NCBI GenBank assembly: GCA_035289345.1 | Contig: DATDXK010000129.1 | Span: 1 to 33,209, forward strand | Source of the DNA: Candidatus Nanoarchaeia archaeon | GTDB lineage: Archaea; Nanobdellota; Nanobdellia; Woesearchaeales; GW2011-AR9 | DNA length: 33,209 bases | Direction of reading: 5' to 3' | Shown here: positions 32,100-33,209 of the stretch, piece after piece | Position numbering within the stretch: position 1 is the first letter of the stretch | Layout: every line of letters starts with the position of its first letter | Program-made: the position numbers and the translations under genes | Notes under the pieces: model-generated | The model's database searches: none | What the model was told of the DNA's origin: nothing | The model's input: only the letters and a program-made list of their open reading frames with translations

Positions 32100-33209
32100 C
32101 TATTTTATCTTTCCCGGCAATTTATCCGTAAAATATACCACCACAAAAACAATAATCATTATTGCAACAATCATCGTTGACTTTAAAATGTAGGGCGTCA
32201 ATGGCTCGGTGGATAAATCGCTGATGACTGCTCCGGTAGGGACAGCTGGCGCATCCAGGGCACTCTCAGAGACTGAGCTGGCGGAAACATCCACTACCTC
32301 CAGTAATGAGGGCGGCGGAGTTAATTCCTGAGCTGAACTGATTTCCACCGCCGGCTCGGCTGCAGCAATTTTCTGAGCGCCAGCTGCCAAATTTCGCGAA
32401 CTGCGGCCGCCAGAAGCGCTGCCATCGTCAGCAATTGGATTATTTATGCCCGTATCTGTGCTAGCCGCGACTCCTTTGACACCGGAATGTTTTAAATTGG
32501 CTATTTTGATCGTACTGCCTTGGTCTTGGCAGGTAATTTTTTGCAGTGTCACGCTGCTGGAATTTCCCAGGCAGGAGGTAAAGACGGTTTCATTGTTTCC
32601 AGTGCAGTCTTCACTTAGCTCATTAATCGCGCTAACTTCAGCATCTTTAACGCATAAAGTTATGAAATTATTGTTCGTCAAATAAATCGTCTTGCTCTCG
32701 CCAGTTAATAACTGGCTGCTTAAATTAATGATGATGGACTGGGCATCCAAGATGATCTTGATCCGGCTAAAATCCAGCGCCTGTTCTGAAAAATCGTGGG
32801 TAAAATTCAGCACGGGGTTGAGGCCGTCATAAAACAGCACTTCGTTAAGCCCATTAAACGTTCCCTCAGCTGCTTTACCGCCGATGGTAGCGTTAAAATG
32901 GCTTATTCCACTAACGGTAACATTTTTCCAATTTCCATGCAGGAAATCAATCTCGTCAGCCACGCCATCATTATCAGCATCGGTAGAATTAACTGTAAAA
33001 GAAACGGAATTGCTGGTGTTAACATTATTGAATGTATCATTGGCGATAATAGTTACCTGATAAGCTCCCTGCAGATTGGGAATAATTAATGAAGCGTTAT
33101 ACCGCTGGTGATCGGCTAAATTCGGACTTAAAAAAATAATCTCAGTGGTTCCATTGGGGTAAATAATTTTGGCAGTGGCCGAACTTACAGCCGAATCATC
33201 AGTGATATT
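32100..33209 (-). CDS. C-terminally anchored surface protein, 5' end outside window
   Basis: Frame stays open from 32963 to the window edge (…YNASLIIPNLQGAYQVTIIANDTFNNVNTSNSVSFTVNSTDADNDGVADEIDF…); Ig-like strand pattern, DADNDGVADEID Ca-binding-like motif, C-terminal TM MIVAIMIIVFVVVYF. Confidence 0.7.
   Translation of the reverse strand, partial: NITDDSAVSSATAKIIYPNGTTEIIFLSPNLADHQRYNASLIIPNLQGAYQVTIIANDTFNNVNTSNSVSFTVNSTDADNDGVADEIDFLHGNWKNVTVSGISHFNATIGGKAAEGTFNGLNEVLFYDGLNPVLNFTHDFSEQALDFSRIKIILDAQSIIINLSSQLLTGESKTIYLTNNNFITLCVKDAEVSAINELSEDCTGNNETVFTSCLGNSSSVTLQKITCQDQGSTIKIANLKHSGVKGVAASTDTGINNPIADDGSASGGRSSRNLAAGAQKIAAAEPAVEISSAQELTPPPSLLEVVDVSASSVSESALDAPAVPTGAVISDLSTEPLTPYILKSTMIVAIMIIVFVVVYFTDKLPGKIK

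Noticed and set aside
24015-33209. Diversity-generating retroelement targeting the surface proteins
   Set aside because: No reverse transcriptase ORF is in the window, and I could not spot a template/variable repeat pair differing at adenines. A DGR located outside the window cannot be excluded.

Overview
This 33.2-kb chromosomal segment reads as a small-genome archaeon, probably DPANN-like (inference). Archaeal-type informational genes are present (srp54, ribosomal protein S17e, gatE, ATP-dependent DNA ligase). TATA boxes lie 22-25 nt upstream of many start codons, implying leaderless mRNAs. Next to these sit bacterial-looking accessory genes: a MetK-type SAM synthetase, two DM13 proteins, an SLT-like murein hydrolase, an ArsR-glutaredoxin-GDCCVxC cassette and an MNT-HEPN pair. 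Three things are not ordinary. (1) Intergenic space is saturated with hairpin-type repeats. These are a 139-nt double-hairpin element (5 co-oriented copies, one splitting an ABC ATPase gene, boundaries consistent with no target duplication); a 163-bp MITE with terminal inverted repeats and 9-bp target duplications (2 copies at the same promoter-proximal motif, plus a divergent copy that keeps its stems by compensatory changes); a 103-bp perfect hairpin splitting the HEPN gene; and a ~390-bp run of back-to-back palindromes. (2) A decay zone at 22.3-23.5 kb holds a truncated ABC transporter and a frameshifted signal-peptidase-like gene. (3) A co-oriented block of more than 9 kb (24.0-33.2 kb, minus strand, visibly GC-richer) encodes four secreted or membrane-anchored Cys-rich/repeat proteins, including a 1712-aa giant. 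No rRNA, tRNA, CRISPR array, cas, transposase or reverse-transcriptase gene was recognised. All family assignments come from motif recognition by eye; no searches were run.
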